Assembly (NCBI GenBank): GCA_964016885.1
Contig: OZ024742.1
Location: 63,612,001-63,676,000 of the forward strand
Length of the DNA: 64,000 nucleotides
Direction of reading: 5' to 3'
DNA from: Eledone cirrhosa
Lineage: Eukaryota
Positions 63,479 through 64,000 of the stretch are shown here, piece by piece. The translations under genes were made by a program, and so were the position numbers. How positions within the stretch are numbered: the first letter of the stretch is position 1; each line of letters opens with the position of its first letter. The notes beneath the pieces were generated by a model. It saw only the letters and a list, made by a program, of their open reading frames with translations, did no database searches and was not told where the DNA came from.

Positions 63479-64000
63479 ATGAATGGCTTGTGAGAGCCAT
63501 ACAAGCCATGTATAAAGAAACAGTCAGCAAGGTTAGAATTAACAACGAATATAGTGAAGAGTTTAGCGTAAAAGTTGGTGTTCATCAGGGCTCCGTCCTT
63601 AGCCCCCTACTATTTATTATTGCCCTTCAGGCTATAACAGTGGAGTTCAAGACCGGCTGCTCATAGGAACTCCTATATGCAGATGATCTAACGCTCATAG
63701 CTGAATCAATGGCTGGAACTAGAGAAGAAATTCCAAACATGGAAGCATGGCCTAGAATCAAAAGGTCTTAAAGTTAACTTGTCTTAGACTAAAGTTCTAG
63801 TTTGTAGGAAGGAAAATAGGGCACCGGTCCCATCTGGGAAATGGCCATGCTCAGTGTAGGAAAGGAGTAGGAAAGGAGTAGGCAGAAATTCCATTTTATG
63901 TCCCAAATGCAAAGTATGGGTGCATAAAAGATGTAGTGGGATCACAGGTAAGCTAACTAAGAATATAGATTTTATATGTGGCCAGTGCTCTGGTACAATA
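63475..64000 (+). mobile_element. 5'-truncated RTE-A copy running off the window end
   Basis: VDEWLVRAIQAMYKETVSKV...YADDL...WPCSV. Confidence 0.93.

Overview
Eukaryotic, AT-rich, repeat-dense animal DNA. The repeat landscape ((TA)n microsatellites, (GAT)n-tailed RTE LINEs, tRNA-derived SINEs, R4/Dong- and Penelope-like relics) resembles an octopus/coleoid cephalopod genome, but that taxon call is inference. The window lies inside one minus-strand gene for a choline transporter-like protein (SLC44/CTL1-like). I reconstructed 10 consecutive internal exons by hand (62030 down to 892). All have GT-AG boundaries and matching phases, and most are missed or only partly captured by the ORF track; the first and last exons lie outside the window. 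The introns, one of 31.5 kb, hold many RTE LINE copies (one nearly full length, with a C4HC3 PHD finger inside the RT domain), CR1-like, R4/Dong-like, Penelope-like, mariner, Helitron and piggyBac-type MITE relics, SINEs and three minisatellites (42, 27 and ~17 bp units). The most interesting signals are: a well-formed hammerhead ribozyme in a Penelope-type terminal repeat; the PHD-in-RT RTE family that repeatedly lands in (TA)n; a SINE stitched from pieces of two different RTE lineages; a 70-copy array amplified from a SINE core; and several CTL1 codons that differ from the family consensus by a single A-to-G change (candidate restorative A-to-I editing sites). Repeat boundaries are approximate and family names come from recalled motifs, not database searches.
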